From assembly GCF_963921235.1 (NCBI RefSeq), contig NC_086108.1:80416001-80480000 (forward strand): a stretch of 64,000 nt of DNA, written 5' to 3'. Shown one piece after another: positions 49,425 through 62,539 of this stretch. The position numbers were made by a program, and so were the translations under genes. Position 1 is the stretch's first letter. Every line of letters starts with the position of its first letter. The notes beneath the pieces are model-generated. The model saw nothing but the letters and a program-made list of their open reading frames with translations. It was not told where the DNA came from and made no database searches. The stretch comes from Mobula hypostoma. Its lineage: Eukaryota.

Positions 49425-52400
49425 CCATGCAAACAACATCAGCAAGACCAAAGAATTCATTGTGAACTTCAGGAAGGGAAAGTTGAGGGAAGACATACCA
49501 GTCCTCATCGAGGGGCCAGAATGGAAAGGGTGAGTAGTGTCAACATCCTGGCTGTCAACATCTCTGAAAATCCATCCTGGGCTCAACATATTGCTGGAAT
49601 TATGAAGAAATCATGTCAGCAGCTACATTTCATGAGGAGTTTGAGGAAATTTGATATGCAATCAAATATGTACAGATTTCCACCATTTTAACTGGTGCAC
49701 CACTGCCCAATATGGAGGGATCACTGCACAGGATCGGGAAAAGCTGCAAGGGGTTGCAAACTCAGCCAGCTCATCATGGGCACTAGACAGCCCAGCACTG
49801 AGGACATCGTCAAAACGCGATGCTTCAATAAGGAGTAATCCGTTATTGCATGTCACTGGGAGCTGAACGTCCAAGGATACACGGTGTATCGGACGGATAG
49901 GAAGGTAGGCAGAGGGGGAGGCATGGCTTTATTGGTAAGAAATGATATTAAATCATTAGAAAGAGGTGATATAGGATCGGAAGGTGCAGAATCTTTATGG
50001 GTTGAGCTAAGGAATAGCAGGGGTAAAAGGACCCTGATGGCAGTTATTTATAGGCCTCCAAACAGCTGCAGGGATGTGGACTACAAATTACAACTGGAAA
50101 TAGAAAAGGCTTGTCAGAAGGGCAGTGTTATGATAATTGTGGGGGATTTTAACATGTGAGTAGATTGGAAAAATCAGGTCGGCACTGGATCTCAAGAGAG
50201 AGAATTTGTAGAATGTCTGCGAGATGGCTTTTTAGAACAGCTTGTTGTTGAGCCCACTAGGGGATCGGCTGTACTGGATTGAGTATTGTGTAATGAACCG
50301 GAGGTGATTGGAGAGATTGAGGTGAAGGAACCCTTAGGAGACAGTGATCATAACATGATTGAGTTCACTGTGAAATTAGAAAAAGAGAAGCCGAAATCTG
50401 ATGTGTCGGTGTTTCAGTGGAGTAAAGGAAACTACAGTGGCATGAGAAAGGAACTGGCCAAAGTTGACTGGAAAGGGACACTGGCGGGAAAGACAGCAGA
50501 GCAGCAGTGGCTGGAGTTTATGCGAGAAATGAGGAATGTGCAAGACAGGTATATTCCAAAAAGGAAGAAATTTTTGAGTGGAAAAAGGATGCAACCATGG
50601 TTGACAAGAGAAGTCAAAGCCAAAGTTAAAGCAAAGGAGAGGGCATACAAGGAAGCAAAAATTAGTGGGAAGACAGAGGATTGGGAAGTTTTTAAAACCT
50701 TACAAAAGGGAACCAAGAAGGTCATTAAGAGAGAAAAGATTAACTATGAAAGGAAACTAGCAAATAATATCAAAGAGGATACTAAAAGCTTTTTCAAGTA
50801 TATAAAGAGTAAAAGACAGGTGAGAGTAGATATAGGACCGATAGAAAATGATACTGGAGAAATTGTAATGAGAGATGAGGAGATGGCAGAGGAACTGAAC
50901 AAGTATTTTGCATCAGTCTTCACTGAGGAAGACAGCAGGATACCGGACACTCAAGGGTGGCAGGGAAGAGAAGTGTGCGCAGTCACAATTACGACAGAGA
51001 AAGTACTCAGGAAGCTGAATAGGCTAAAGGTCGATAAATCTCCTGGACCAGATGGAATGCACCCTCGTGATCTAAAAGAAGTAGGTGTGGAGATTGCGGA
51101 GGCATTAGTGATGATCTTTCAAAAGTCGATAGATTCTGGCATGGTTCCGAAAGACTGGAAGATTGCAAATGTCATTCCGCTATTTAAGAAGGGGGCAAGG
51201 AAGCAAAAAGGAAATCATAGACCTGTTAGCTTGACGTCGGTGGTTGGGAAGTTGTTGGAGTCGATTGTCAAGGATGAGGTTACAGAGTACCTGGAGGCAT
51301 ATGACAAGATAGGCAGAACTCAGCATGGATTCCTTAAAGGAAAATCCTGCCTGACAAACCTATTACAATTTTTTGAGGAAATTACCAGTAGGCTAGACAA
51401 GGGAGATGCAGTGGATGTTGTATATTTGGATTTTCAGAAGGCCTTTGACAAGGTGCCACACATGAGGCTACTTAACAAGATAAGAGCCCATGGAATTACA
51501 GGAAAGTTACATACGTGGATAGAGCGTTGGCTGATTGGCAGGAAACAGAGAGTGGGAATAAAGGGATCCTATTCTGGTTGGCTGCCGGTTACCAGTGGTG
51601 TTCCACAGGGATCAGTGTTGGGGCCGCTTCTTTTTACATTGTACATCAACGATTTGGATTATGGAATAGATGGCTTTGTGGCTAAGTTTGCTGATGATAC
51701 GAAGATAGGTGAAGGGGCCAGTAGTGCTGAGGAAACGTAGAGTCTGCAAAGAGAATTGGATAGATTGGAAGAATGGGCAGAGAAGTGGCAAATGAAGTAC
51801 AATGTTGGAAAGTGTATGGTTATGCACTTTGGCAGAAAAAGTAAACGGGCAGACTATTATTTAAATGGGGAAAGAATTCAAAGTTCTGAGATGCAACGGG
51901 ACTTGGGAGTCCTCGTGCAGGATACCCTTAAGGTTAACCTCCAGGTTGAGTTGGTGGTGAAGAAGGCGAATGCAATGTTGGCATTCATTTCTAGAGGAAT
52001 AGAGTATAGGAGCAGGGATGTGATGTTGAGGCTCTATAAGGTGCTGGTGAGACCACACTTGGAGTACTGTGGGCAGTTTTGGTCTCCTTATTTAAGAAAG
52101 GATGTGCTGATGTTGGAGAGGGTACAGAGAAGATTCACTAGAATGATTCCGGGAATGAGAGGGTTAACATATGAGGAACGTTATCCATTCAGAAATCTGA
52201 TGGTGGAGGGAAGTATGTGGCTTCAGGCTCCAGTACTTCCTCTCTGATGGTGGTAACGAGAAGAGAGTTTAGAAGAATGAGGGGAGACCTCATAGAAACA
52301 TTCCGAATGTTAAAAGGCATGGATAGAGTGGATGTGGCAAAGTTGTTTCCCATGATGGGGGAGTCTAGCACGAGAAGGCATGACTTCAGGATTGAAGGGC

Positions 52401-52950
52401 GCCCTTTCAGAACAGAAATGCGAAGAAATTTTTTTAGTCAGAGGGTGGTGAATCTATGGAATTTGTTGCCACGGGCAGCAGTGGAGGCCAAGTCATTGGG
52501 TGTATTTAAGGCAGAGATTGATAGGTATCTGAGTAGCCAGGGCATCAAAGGTTATGGTGAGAAGGCGGGGCAGTGGGACTAAATAGGATAAAATGGATCA
52601 ACTCATGATAAAATGGCGGAGCAGACTCGATGGGCCAAATGGCCTACTTCTGCTCCTTTGTCTTATGGTCTTATGGTTATTAAGGACCCCCATCACCAAG
52701 GGCATGCTCTCTTCTCGTTACCACCATCAGAGAGGAACTACTAGAGCCTGAAGCCACACATTTCCCTCCACCATCAGATTTCTGAATGGATAATGAAACA
52801 ACCCATGAACACAAAGTCATAGTTTTTGCACTAGTTACAGTAATTTATTTTTAATACCGTATATACTTCTTATTGTAATTGATTATACTTTTTATGTATT
52901 GCACTATACTGCTGCTACAAAACAACAAATATTAAACCTGATTCTGATTT
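49425..52950 (+). mobile_element. Rex1/Babar LINE 3' part (49425-49847 and 52676-52950), split by a CR1 insertion
   Basis: VNISENPSWAQHI..LHFMRSLRKF remnant; resumes IKDPHHQGHALFSLPPS; tail ATTAAACCTGATTCTGATT. Confidence 0.82.
49848..52675 (+). mobile_element. CR1 with nearly complete ORF2 (EN and RT), a few stops, 5'-truncated
   Basis: ORF pieces 49884-50159, 50286-51740, 51756-52180 and 52268-52582; TSD GTTATT at 49842-49847 and 52676-52681; (TCTTATGG)n tail. Confidence 0.96.
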
Positions 52951-53814
52951 GATGATTCTCTGTGGAGAATCTGCTGCAGGGGAGGTGGGGAAATGCAGTA
53001 CTACCCTCTCCAACCTCTGGTCAGACAGGAATAAGCAGCAGAATGTAAAGCACCGAAGGGCTAACAGACAGTCCGCACCTGTGGTGAAGATACAGCAGTC
53101 CAACTCCATCGCAGACATAGTAATTAGTGAACGACTGCTACCGAGAGGGTGGCCGTTTCCGCGGAGCTTCAAGCACAGTTTTCAGCTCAATCTACATAAA
53201 CCATGACTACAGCTGAGCAGGAAATGTCTGCCACATTAAACTGAAGGGCAGATATTTGTGGTTTACAAAGCATCAGAGTGGAAGGAGTTATGTGGCACCG
53301 CAGCAAATATCAAAATAGGATGGCAAATATACATGAAAGTGGACACACCCGAAGTGTTAACATTGCTCACTCCTCCCTAAGTATACAGCATGCAGCCGGA
53401 TAAAAGACTGCCTCTGCACAAATGTAGTTAAAGCAATCTTTGGCACAGACCACGTGGTCTCCAAGATACCAAGACTATTGGCCAAAGCTATTTTTGCAGT
53501 CAAGGTACTGTTCAATGATGTGGATCAAGCAGGTAATACTTTAAGCTAATTGTAATTCACCAAGACTATATTGAGAAGACATTACATAGCATGGTTTCAT
53601 TTCTTTACTGATATTAATGACAGCACTCACTTCACAGTATAAATCCCAAATGCCATCTCAATCCTTTACATACATGACAGGACAGATTGGGTAAATTTGC
53701 AATGGGAAATCCAGAGACTGGCAGACTCCAGTAATGCAAGAGGCTTCATCAGTACCACCATGAAGTCTATGGTCCATGTTGCTTCTGATGAAACCTCTGT
53801 GCTCAAAGGATGCA

Positions 53815-54853
53815 AAGAACTTGTTCCAACTCCTTCCTTCCGGTAGGCGCTTTAGCACACTGTATGCCAGGACAAATAGGTACAAGAACAGTTTCTTTCT
53901 GTATGCCATCAGTCTTATGAACACTTGAATTTTAGTCTATTATAAACTAAGTCCACCTGTACATACACAGGTATACCTCATTGAATATAGTTCACGATTA
54001 TTTGCACTATTGTTTTGTTTGCTTTTTGATTCTGTACAGTGAGAGCTCAGGGAAATCGGCATCAAATTCTCCGTATGTGTCCACATACTTGGCAATAATA
54101 AAGGATTCTGATTCTGATTCTGAACTTGCTGAAGGATTGGAAGGATATCAACAATCGATGGAGAGACAACTTGCCAGAACCTTGAGTTCAAGTTCAAGTT
54201 TATTGTCATTCAACTGTACACATGTATGCCACCAAACAAGACAACATTCCTCTGGACCAAGCTGCACAAACAGTACATATTTCACGCACATAACACAAAG
54301 TAATATTATCACAAAATAAATTAACAAAAAATAAAGTGCATATGTGATACAAGTTAAAAAGTAAACAGTATAATGCCACTGGCGCTTCGCACATGATAGA
54401 ATCTGGTGGTGGCAGGGAGTCCAATACTCTTACGGCCTGGGGAAAGAAGCTGTTTCCCAACATTTCTCGTTCTAGTTCTTCGGTACTGCCTGCCTGATGA
54501 TAGGAGTCAAAGCGATTGTTGGATGGATGGTAGGGATCACTGACAATATAAGCAGCGCACTTCTGATAAATATCTGATAGGTGCAAGAGAGATCCTGATG
54601 ATCCTCTCGGCTGTCCTCGTAATCCTTTGTAGGGACTTGTGATCTTTGTAGGGCCTTGCATTTCCCATATCAGACAGTGATGCAGCTGGTCGGGAGATTC
54701 TTGATGGTGCTCCTGTAAAAAAATGGGTAAAATGGGAAGAGGGAGAGCCTCACTTCCCTCAATCTCCTCAGGATATGGAGATGCTGCTGTGATTTTTTGA
54801 TGAAAAAAGTGTTGTTAAGGGACCAGGTGAGATCGTCCGTTTGTGCACTTTCA
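53815..54853. mobile_element. Two tail-to-tail Rex1/Babar 3' fragments (53815-54123 plus; 54186-54853 minus)
   Basis: LFQLLPSGRRF..RYKNSFFLYAISLMN with (GATTCT)n tail; minus-strand IVSDPYHPSN..NSFFPQAVRVLD with (AACTTG)n tail. Confidence 0.8.
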
Positions 54854-54859
54854 GAAATT

Positions 54860-56770
54860 TGATCAGCACTGCTGAATCAGAGGTTACTAACCAAATCCTC
54901 CAGAGACCTGTGAGAGAAGACATGGGGAAAACTCCCAGTATGACAGAGTCCATGGGGCCACCAGGAGCCTGAAATGCAAAAAAGCCACTGGTCCTGAAGA
55001 GATCCCAAAAGAGATCCTCAAGGAAGCTAGACCAGCACTCCTGCACTAAGAGATCCCAAAAGAGATCCTCAAGGAAGCTAGACCAGCACTCCTGCACTAA
55101 GAGATCCCAAAAGAGATCCTCAAGGAAGCTAGACCAGCACTCCTGCACTAAGAGATCCCAAAAGAGATCCTCAAGGAAGCTAGACCAGCACTCCTGCATT
55201 ATATACATGCCTTCCTCCTGAAGGTCGGGGAAAAAGAACAACTGCCCTCGGAGCTCACGGATGCTCTAATTGTGACCATATTCAAGAAAGGAGACAGGGC
55301 ACACTGTGGCAATTTCAGAGGCAAGCCCCTCCTGTCAACAACAGGAAGGAGCATGCATGTATCCTTGTCTACCTTCTTCTGCTATCTGAAGAATCTGAAG
55401 AAGTACTCTCTAATTTATGTGTGGTTTCTGCTTATCTAGAGGTACAACAGAAATTATCGTCACCGCACACAAATTACAGGAAAAATGCCGTGAACAAAGG
55501 CAACGCTTGTACTTAGCTTTCATAGAATTGACAAAGGCATTTGATACAGTAGACATGGATGTCCTGACAAGTACTTACGAATACTGAGAATACAGCATGA
55601 CGGCATGTAAGCCACAGTACTCAGCAATAGTGGTGCTGAATTAGAACCCTTCACTGTCAAGGCATGAGTCAAATAGAGTTGCATCATTGCATCCATCCTA
55701 TTTGCCATCATTATTGCTGTCATCCTTTATCCCACTGGCCAAGACCTGCCACAGGGAATCCCAATCGTGTATAGAATGGACAGCAGGCTTTTCAGCTTCA
55801 ACTAGTTCAAGGCCAAGAACCACTACTATCATAAAGCTTCCGTATGCGGAAGACAACACCATCTCAGCACACTCCGAAGATCTCCAATGTTTTCTAAGTG
55901 CCTTTGCTGATGCATATGGAGCCCTGGATCTTGTTTTGAATATAAAAAAGACACTTCCTATATCGGCCACTGCCCAACCAGCCATTTGTCCAGCCCTCCA
56001 TAAAAGAGGACTTGAAAGTGCTCTTGAAAATATAGATTACTTTCCCTACCTTGGGAGCATTCTCTCCTCAAAAGACGACATTGACTCAGAGATCAACTAC
56101 TGCCTCAGTAGTGCTAGTGGAACCTATTCAAGATTAAGAAAAAGAGTCTTTGAAGATTACAACCAACAGTTCCAAGCAAAGCTTTTGGTCTATAGAGCAA
56201 TTGTTCTTCCTTATTACTATATGGAGCAGAATCTTTGACCAGAATGATGGACCATCTGAAAGACCTGGAAAGTACCACCAAAGGACCTCATGAAAGATTT
56301 TGAGGATCAGCTGGAGGGACAGACACACTAACACCAATCTACTGGAGGAGGCCAACATGGAATGCATTTCCACCATGATAAAGCAACACCAACTCCAATG
56401 GATAGGTCATGCTTAACACACCTCCCCAAACTAATCTTTTACTCCCAGTGAGTCCCTGGTGGGCAAAGGAAATGCTTCAATGATAACATCCAAATCAGCC
56501 TGAAGAAATTCAACACTACATCTAAAAGCTGGGAAGACATTGCACTCAATAGATCCACCTGGAGGAAATCTGTTCAAGAGGGAGCTGCATTACAAAACAG
56601 CGACCTCTGCTGTGCCACAGAGAACAAGCGGCAGCTGCTAAAGGAGAGAATGAACAACCAAAAGAGCCAACCACTAACCACAGGCATCACTTACTCGTGC
56701 CCACACTGCACCAGAACATGTGCATCCTGGATTGGCCTCTACAGCCACCTGCGGACCCACCAATCGACAA
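54860..56770 (+). mobile_element. Degraded RTE-clade LINE ORF
   Basis: IVTIFKKGDRAHCGNFRG, AFIELTKAFDTV, LPYAEDN, FPYLGSILS and C-terminal C2H2 finger CPHCTRTCASWIGLYSHLRTH. Confidence 0.9.
54997..55198. repeat. Perfect 51-bp tandem repeat, about 4 copies, inside the RTE
   Basis: Unit AAGAGATCCCAAAAGAGATCCTCAAGGAAGCTAGACCAGCACTCCTGCACT starting at 54997, 55048, 55099 and 55150. Confidence 0.97.
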
Positions 56771-56780
56771 CCCCTTAGGA

Positions 56781-56860
56781 CAGGAGTTCCCAACCTTTCT
56801 TATACCATAGACCCTTAACATTAACCGAGGAGACAGTGGACCCCAGGTTGGGAACCATTG
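56781..56860. mobile_element. 80-bp hAT-type MITE
   Basis: TIRs CAGGAGTTCCCAACCT / AGGTTGGGAACCATTG; 8-bp TSD CCTTAGGA (56773-56780) / TCTTAGGA (56861-56868). Confidence 0.82.
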
Positions 56861-59800
56861 TCTTAGGAGAACATCTCACTCAACTTGAATGATCGCAAGA
56901 TGATACTCGATACTTCCTTTTAATTAAGCAGTCAGATTTGCCTGGTCCACACCAGTTCAGGTGCAAGATGTTGGCCGAGGACACCCGCCCGCATGGGGGT
57001 ATCTGCATGGGTGAAGGACTGAACTGGGAGCAAGAGGATTTCCATCAATTTATTTTCCTGTGCAGGTCATTTCTGAATGGAGCTTATTGGGGATGTATGG
57101 TGGTAACGTAAGTTACTGCTCTGACAAGGAGAGCCCATCTTCCTATTGCTCACCATCTTTTTCCTCCTCCTCAGTTACTTTTTAATCATCCCGCCACCTC
57201 AAATCCTCACCTCCGTGCAGTGTGCTGAAGCAGTTTTACTCTAAAAGACTTAAGGGTTCAGCTACTGAAAATAATGAAAATACCATGGAAAGAGAGAGAG
57301 AGAGAGAAAAGATAAAAAAAATTGCTCATGAAATGCTGATAGAGGACCGGAATGCAAGGAGGTAGAAGTTACATTGCAGTTATATATAGTCTTTGATAGG
57401 CATTGGAGCATCAGTTAGGACGGGCTCAGGGGGTCATTGCTTCCAAATCCTCATCCAGTGATGGCAGCTGAAAAGGTTCAGTGCAGAATCGAACTCATCT
57501 ATTATTTCCCTCTACAGTACCTTAATGCTAAAGAATAAGAGAACACGCTGTCCTTCTGCAATTGCAGCATCTTCATGTTTATATCTTGTTTAATATAAAA
57601 TGATAATCGATTGGAAAGAAAAAATGGAAGATTTTGAGAATTATGAACTTATAGGGCAGTGTTGCCTTGGCAAAGAAAGCTTTCTTTGAGTTCACCATCT
57701 CCTAACGTGAAGGAACAATGACAGTTGTTCATGAGATTCTCATCGCTAATCATACCTGACACTATCAATTTATTATATTAATTTAGCAAGAATACTATAA
57801 CACCAGCACATCTGCTGCAAAACAATGGGAAGAAAACCAGCTCAGTGAACTGCAGCTCCAGCAAAAAAAGAAGCTTGCTTATCACCGATTCATTGCACCT
57901 GCCACCCAATGGGTTCTACACACAGATACATTCACAGGCAGGCCACAGAAAGAATACTGTACCAGCACAAAACTAATTTATGTGCAATTTTATGTGGATA
58001 AGCCTAAATGGCATCTCAAGTTGTTACTGAATGAGGGATTTTCAACAGAACAATCACAGCTTCAGTCCATTGATTGAAAAGCTACACAATAAATATTTCA
58101 ACAGTATTTATGAGTTGAATAGTCTTGTTAATTAAATTAAAACAGGTAGCTGATCTTCACCTGGTCTTCCCACTGAATGATTAAACCAGTTGAACTTAAC
58201 CTTGAAAACAGAAAAAAAACAAGTTAAATGTATTTCAAGGGAAATTGCAGTTTGCTTTATTGTTCTTTACAATGTGGCAGCTAAGAACTAATGAGTTCTT
58301 CATGAAATCCACAACAAAATGAGAGAACTTAATTGCTAATTTGAGACCCATCTCAATCTTATGGGTGGTGATTATTGGAGCCATGTGTGAGATATAATTA
58401 AGGCAGCTTCACAGTCGTTCTATTTATGAGCAACAGTCACAGCAAAACAAATTTTGCACCGATTGTCTCATTTACTGCGGGCAGGCAGTTAGAACGTAAG
58501 AAGATAGGAGCAAGAATAGGCCACCTGGCTCCCCAATCCTGCCCCTCCACACAGTATGATAACGATTGATCTGTTGCAGATCAATCTGAGGATATTACAG
58601 CTGCCATCTGCTGTCATGGATCAATCTGTAAGCTGTTTTAGACTATTCAGCTGACCTCTTCCATTTGATCATTTATTACTGCAGAGTGAAATTCTATTGG
58701 TTTTGTAGAGGGCTGCATTTAATCCATTTGGTATCCCAGGTATTCTTGATGCTAAGGGCTTGAGGATGAGGAATTACAATTGGGATAGAAGCACTTGAAC
58801 TATGGCAACCAAGAAACCATGAATCAGAAAACTCGAATTTATCTCTTTCAGTGTTGACAATGCATCAAAGAGCTAGTTATAGCTTCAGCAAGACCAGATG
58901 AGTGGCTACACTACACCAAATTGACATCAGTTAAAATGGTAGTACCCAATATGGAAACATTGATTTGTCTTGGTGAAAATTCATGGTGTAAATGGAGGTT
59001 CCACTTCATCAAGAAGTTTTGCTTACTGTGTCAGGGGTACATGATGTAGTTTAAATGGCTGTTGTGTGTTCTTCATGCCAGATGTCAGAGTTCTGGGAGA
59101 CCTAGAGACCCCCAAGGAACTACATCTGTGTGGACTGCATCCAGTTGAAGCTCCTTGAAATCTCTGTTAGGGATCTGGAGCAGCAGCTGGTTGACTTTCG
59201 GCTTGTACAGGAGAGTGAGGAGATCATCGATCGGAGTCACAGGGAAGTAGTCACCCCTAAGTTGCAGGCGGTGGGTAGCTGGGTGACTGTCAGGAGAAGA
59301 AATGGGAAGGTGAATAGGCAGGCAGCACAGAGCGTCCCTGTGGCCATTCCTCTCAATAATGAGAATATTGTGTTGGATACTGTTGTGGGGGATGACCTCC
59401 CAGGGGAATGGCATGGAGACCAGGTTACAGGCATCGAGCATGGGTCTGTGGTGCAGAAGGGAAAGAGAGAGAAGAAGGGAGCAGTAGTCACAGGGGACTC
59501 AATAGTCAGGGGAACAGACAAGAAATTCTATGGACATGTATGGGACGATCAGATGGTATGTGGCCTCCCAGGTGCCAGGGTCAGGGATGTCTCAGATCGC
59601 ATCAACAATGTTTTAGAGAGGGAGGGGAAGCAGCCAGATGACTTGGTACATATTGGTACCAATGACATAGGAAGGAAAAGCAAAGAGGTCCTGAAGAGAG
59701 AATTTAGAGAGACAGGCAGAAGACTGAGAAGCAGGACCACCAGGGTAGTAATTTCTGGATTGCTGCCTGTGCCACACACCAGTGAGGGTAGAAACAGGAT

Positions 59801-61420
59801 GATTTGGCAGATAAACGCATGGCTGAGAAGCTGGTGCATGGGGCAGGGCTTCAGGTTCTTGGATCATTGGGATATCTGCTGGGGGAGGTATGACATGTTC
59901 AAAAGGGACGGGTTACACCTGAACCCGAGGGGGACCAATATTCTCATGAGCAGTTTGTTAGAACTGTTGGAGAGGGTTTAAACTAATTTGGCAGGGGGAT
60001 GTGAACTGGAGTGAAGGGACCTAGGGACAGGATGGATAGTTAAAGAAACAGTCAGACTGTCAGGAAGATGCTAGGACAAAATCGCAGCCAGCAGGGTGAG
60101 TGAGAGTGCATTAGGCATGCAGAATCAAAAAGGGTAGCAAATTCAGTACTCAATGCACAATAAGAAATAAGGTGGATGATCTTGTTGAACTTTGTTACAG
60201 ATTGTCAGGTATGATGTTGTGGCCATCACTGAATTGTGTCTGAAGAATGGTTGCGGTTGGCAGCTGAATGTCTAAGGCTACACATTGTATTGGAAGGATA
60301 GAGATGTAGGCAGAGGGGGTGGTGTGGCTCTGCTGGTAAAGAATAGTATCAAATCATTAGAAAGATGTGACATAGGATCAGAAGATGCTGAATCCTTGTG
60401 GGCTGAGTTAAGAAAATACAAGGGTAAAAGGACCCTGATGGCAGTTATATACATACAGGCTCCAAGCAGTAGCTGGGATGTGGACTACAGATTACAACGG
60501 GAAATAGAAAAGGCGTGTCAAGAGGGCAATGCTATGATAATCGTGGAAGATTTTAACGTGCAGGCTAGCAAAAGTTTTTTCAAGTGTATAAAAAATTAAA
60601 AAAAATAAAAGAAATGAGAGTGGATAGAGGATTGCTAGAAAATGATGCCAGAGAAATAATAATGGGGGACAAGAAGATGGCAGATGAACTAAATGAGTGT
60701 TTTGCATTAGTCTTTACTCTGGAAAACACTAGCAGTGTGCCAGATGTTGACGTTGAAGGCTATGAGGAAAGAGAAGTGAGTACAGTTACAATTACAAGGG
60801 AGAAGGTGCTCAAAAAACTGAAAGGGTACATAAGTCACCCTGGATCAGATGAACTGCACTGTAGAGCTCTGAAAGAGGTAGCAGTAGAGATTGTGGAGGC
60901 ATTAGTAATGATCTTTTCAGAATCATTGAACTCCAGGCATGGCTCTGGAAGACTGGAAAATTGCAAATGTCACTACATTCTTTAAAAAAGGAGGGATGCA
61001 GCAGAAAGAAAATTATAGACCAGTTAACTTGACCTTAGTGGTTGGGAAGATGTTGGAGTCAATTGTTAAGGATGAGGTTATGGAGTACTTGGTGACACAG
61101 GACAAAATAGGACAAAATCAGCATGGTTTCCTTAAGGTAGTGTTGAGGAAACAGGAAGGCTGCAGAAGGACTTAGACAGATTAGGACAAAGGCCAAGAAA
61201 GTGTCGAATGAAAATACAGTGTTGGAAAATGCACTTTCGTAGAAGAAACAAATGTGCAGAATGGGGAGAAAATGGGGAGAAAATACAAAAATCTGAGATG
61301 CAGTGGGACTTGGGCATCCTTCTGCAGAACGCTCTAAAGTTTAACTTGTGGTTAATTTGGTGGTGAGGAAGGAAAATGCAATATTAGCATTCATTTCATG
61401 AGATCTGGAATACAAAAGCA

Positions 61421-62220
61421 GGTGTAAATCTCCTCTGCATCCTTTCTATGGTTTCCACATCCTTCCGGTAGTGAGGCAGCCAGAACTGAGCACAGTACTC
61501 CAAGTGGGGTCTGACCAGGGTCCTATATAGCTGCAACATTACCTTTCGGCTCCTAAATTCAATTCCACGATTGATGAAGGCCAATACACTGTATGCCTTC
61601 TTAACCACAGAGTCAACCTGCGCAGGACCCCAAGATCCTTCTGATCCTCCACACTGCCAAGAGTCTTACCATTAATACTATATTCTGCCATCATATTTGA
61701 CCTATTAAAATGAACCACTTCATACTTATCTGGGTTGAACTCCATCTGCCACATCTCAGCGCAGTTTTGCATCCTATCAATGTCTCGCTGTAACCTCTGA
61801 CAGCCCTCCACACTATCCACAACACTCCCAACCTTTGCGTCATCAGCAAACTTACTAACCCATCCCACCACTTCCTCATTCAGGTCATTTATAAAAATCA
61901 CGAAGAGTAAGGGTCCCAGAATAGATCCCTGAGGCACACCACTGGTGACCGACCTCCATGCAGAATATGACCCGTCTACAACCACTCTTTGCCTTCTGTG
62001 GACAATCCAATTCTGGATCCGCAAAGCAATGTCCCTTTGGAACCCATGCCTCCTTACTTTCTCAATAAGCCTTGCATAGCGTACCTTATCAAATGCCTTG
62101 CTGAAATCCATATACATTACATCTACTGCTCTTCCTTCATCAATGTGTTTAGTCACATCCTCAAAAAATTCAGTCAGACACGTAAGGCACGACCTGCCCT
62201 TGGCAAAGCCATGCTGACTT
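61421..62220 (-). mobile_element. Internal CR1 RT fragment in inverted orientation within another CR1
   Basis: ORF 61539-62156 with MDFSKAFDKV, GVPQGSILGPLLF and KFADD; no 3' tail. Confidence 0.9.
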
Positions 62221-62289
62221 ATGGCACTGGTGAGGCCTCACCTTGAGCATTTGGGCTCACCTCACCTTTGGGCTCCTTATCTACGAAAA

Positions 62290-62539
62290 GCTGGCTAGTG
62301 GTGCAGTGACATCAGCGCCGGACTCTGGAGTGAAGGTTCCTGAGTTCAAATCCAGTTGGGCCGCTCCCAGGCACGCTTTCCATCCATGCTGGGTTGAGTG
62401 TCGAGCTCGCAACTCGGCCTCATAAAACAAAACTGCGCTGTGAGAAGGACGTGGGGGACCACTCACAGAATCTTTCCTCCAAGACAACCACTTGAAAAGT
62501 GGTCGCCGAGACTCTGGCAGAGTATGGCACACAAAAAAA
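62290..62539 (+). mobile_element. tRNA-derived SINE nested in CR1
   Basis: A-box-like TGGTGCAGTGA, B box AGTTCAAATCC, A tail; TSD ATCTACGAAAA (62279-62289) / ATCTACAAAAA (62540-62550). Confidence 0.82.

Noticed and set aside
54768..55241. 157-aa ORF with 17-aa repeats
   Set aside because: Antisense by-product of the 51-bp tandem repeat inside an RTE.
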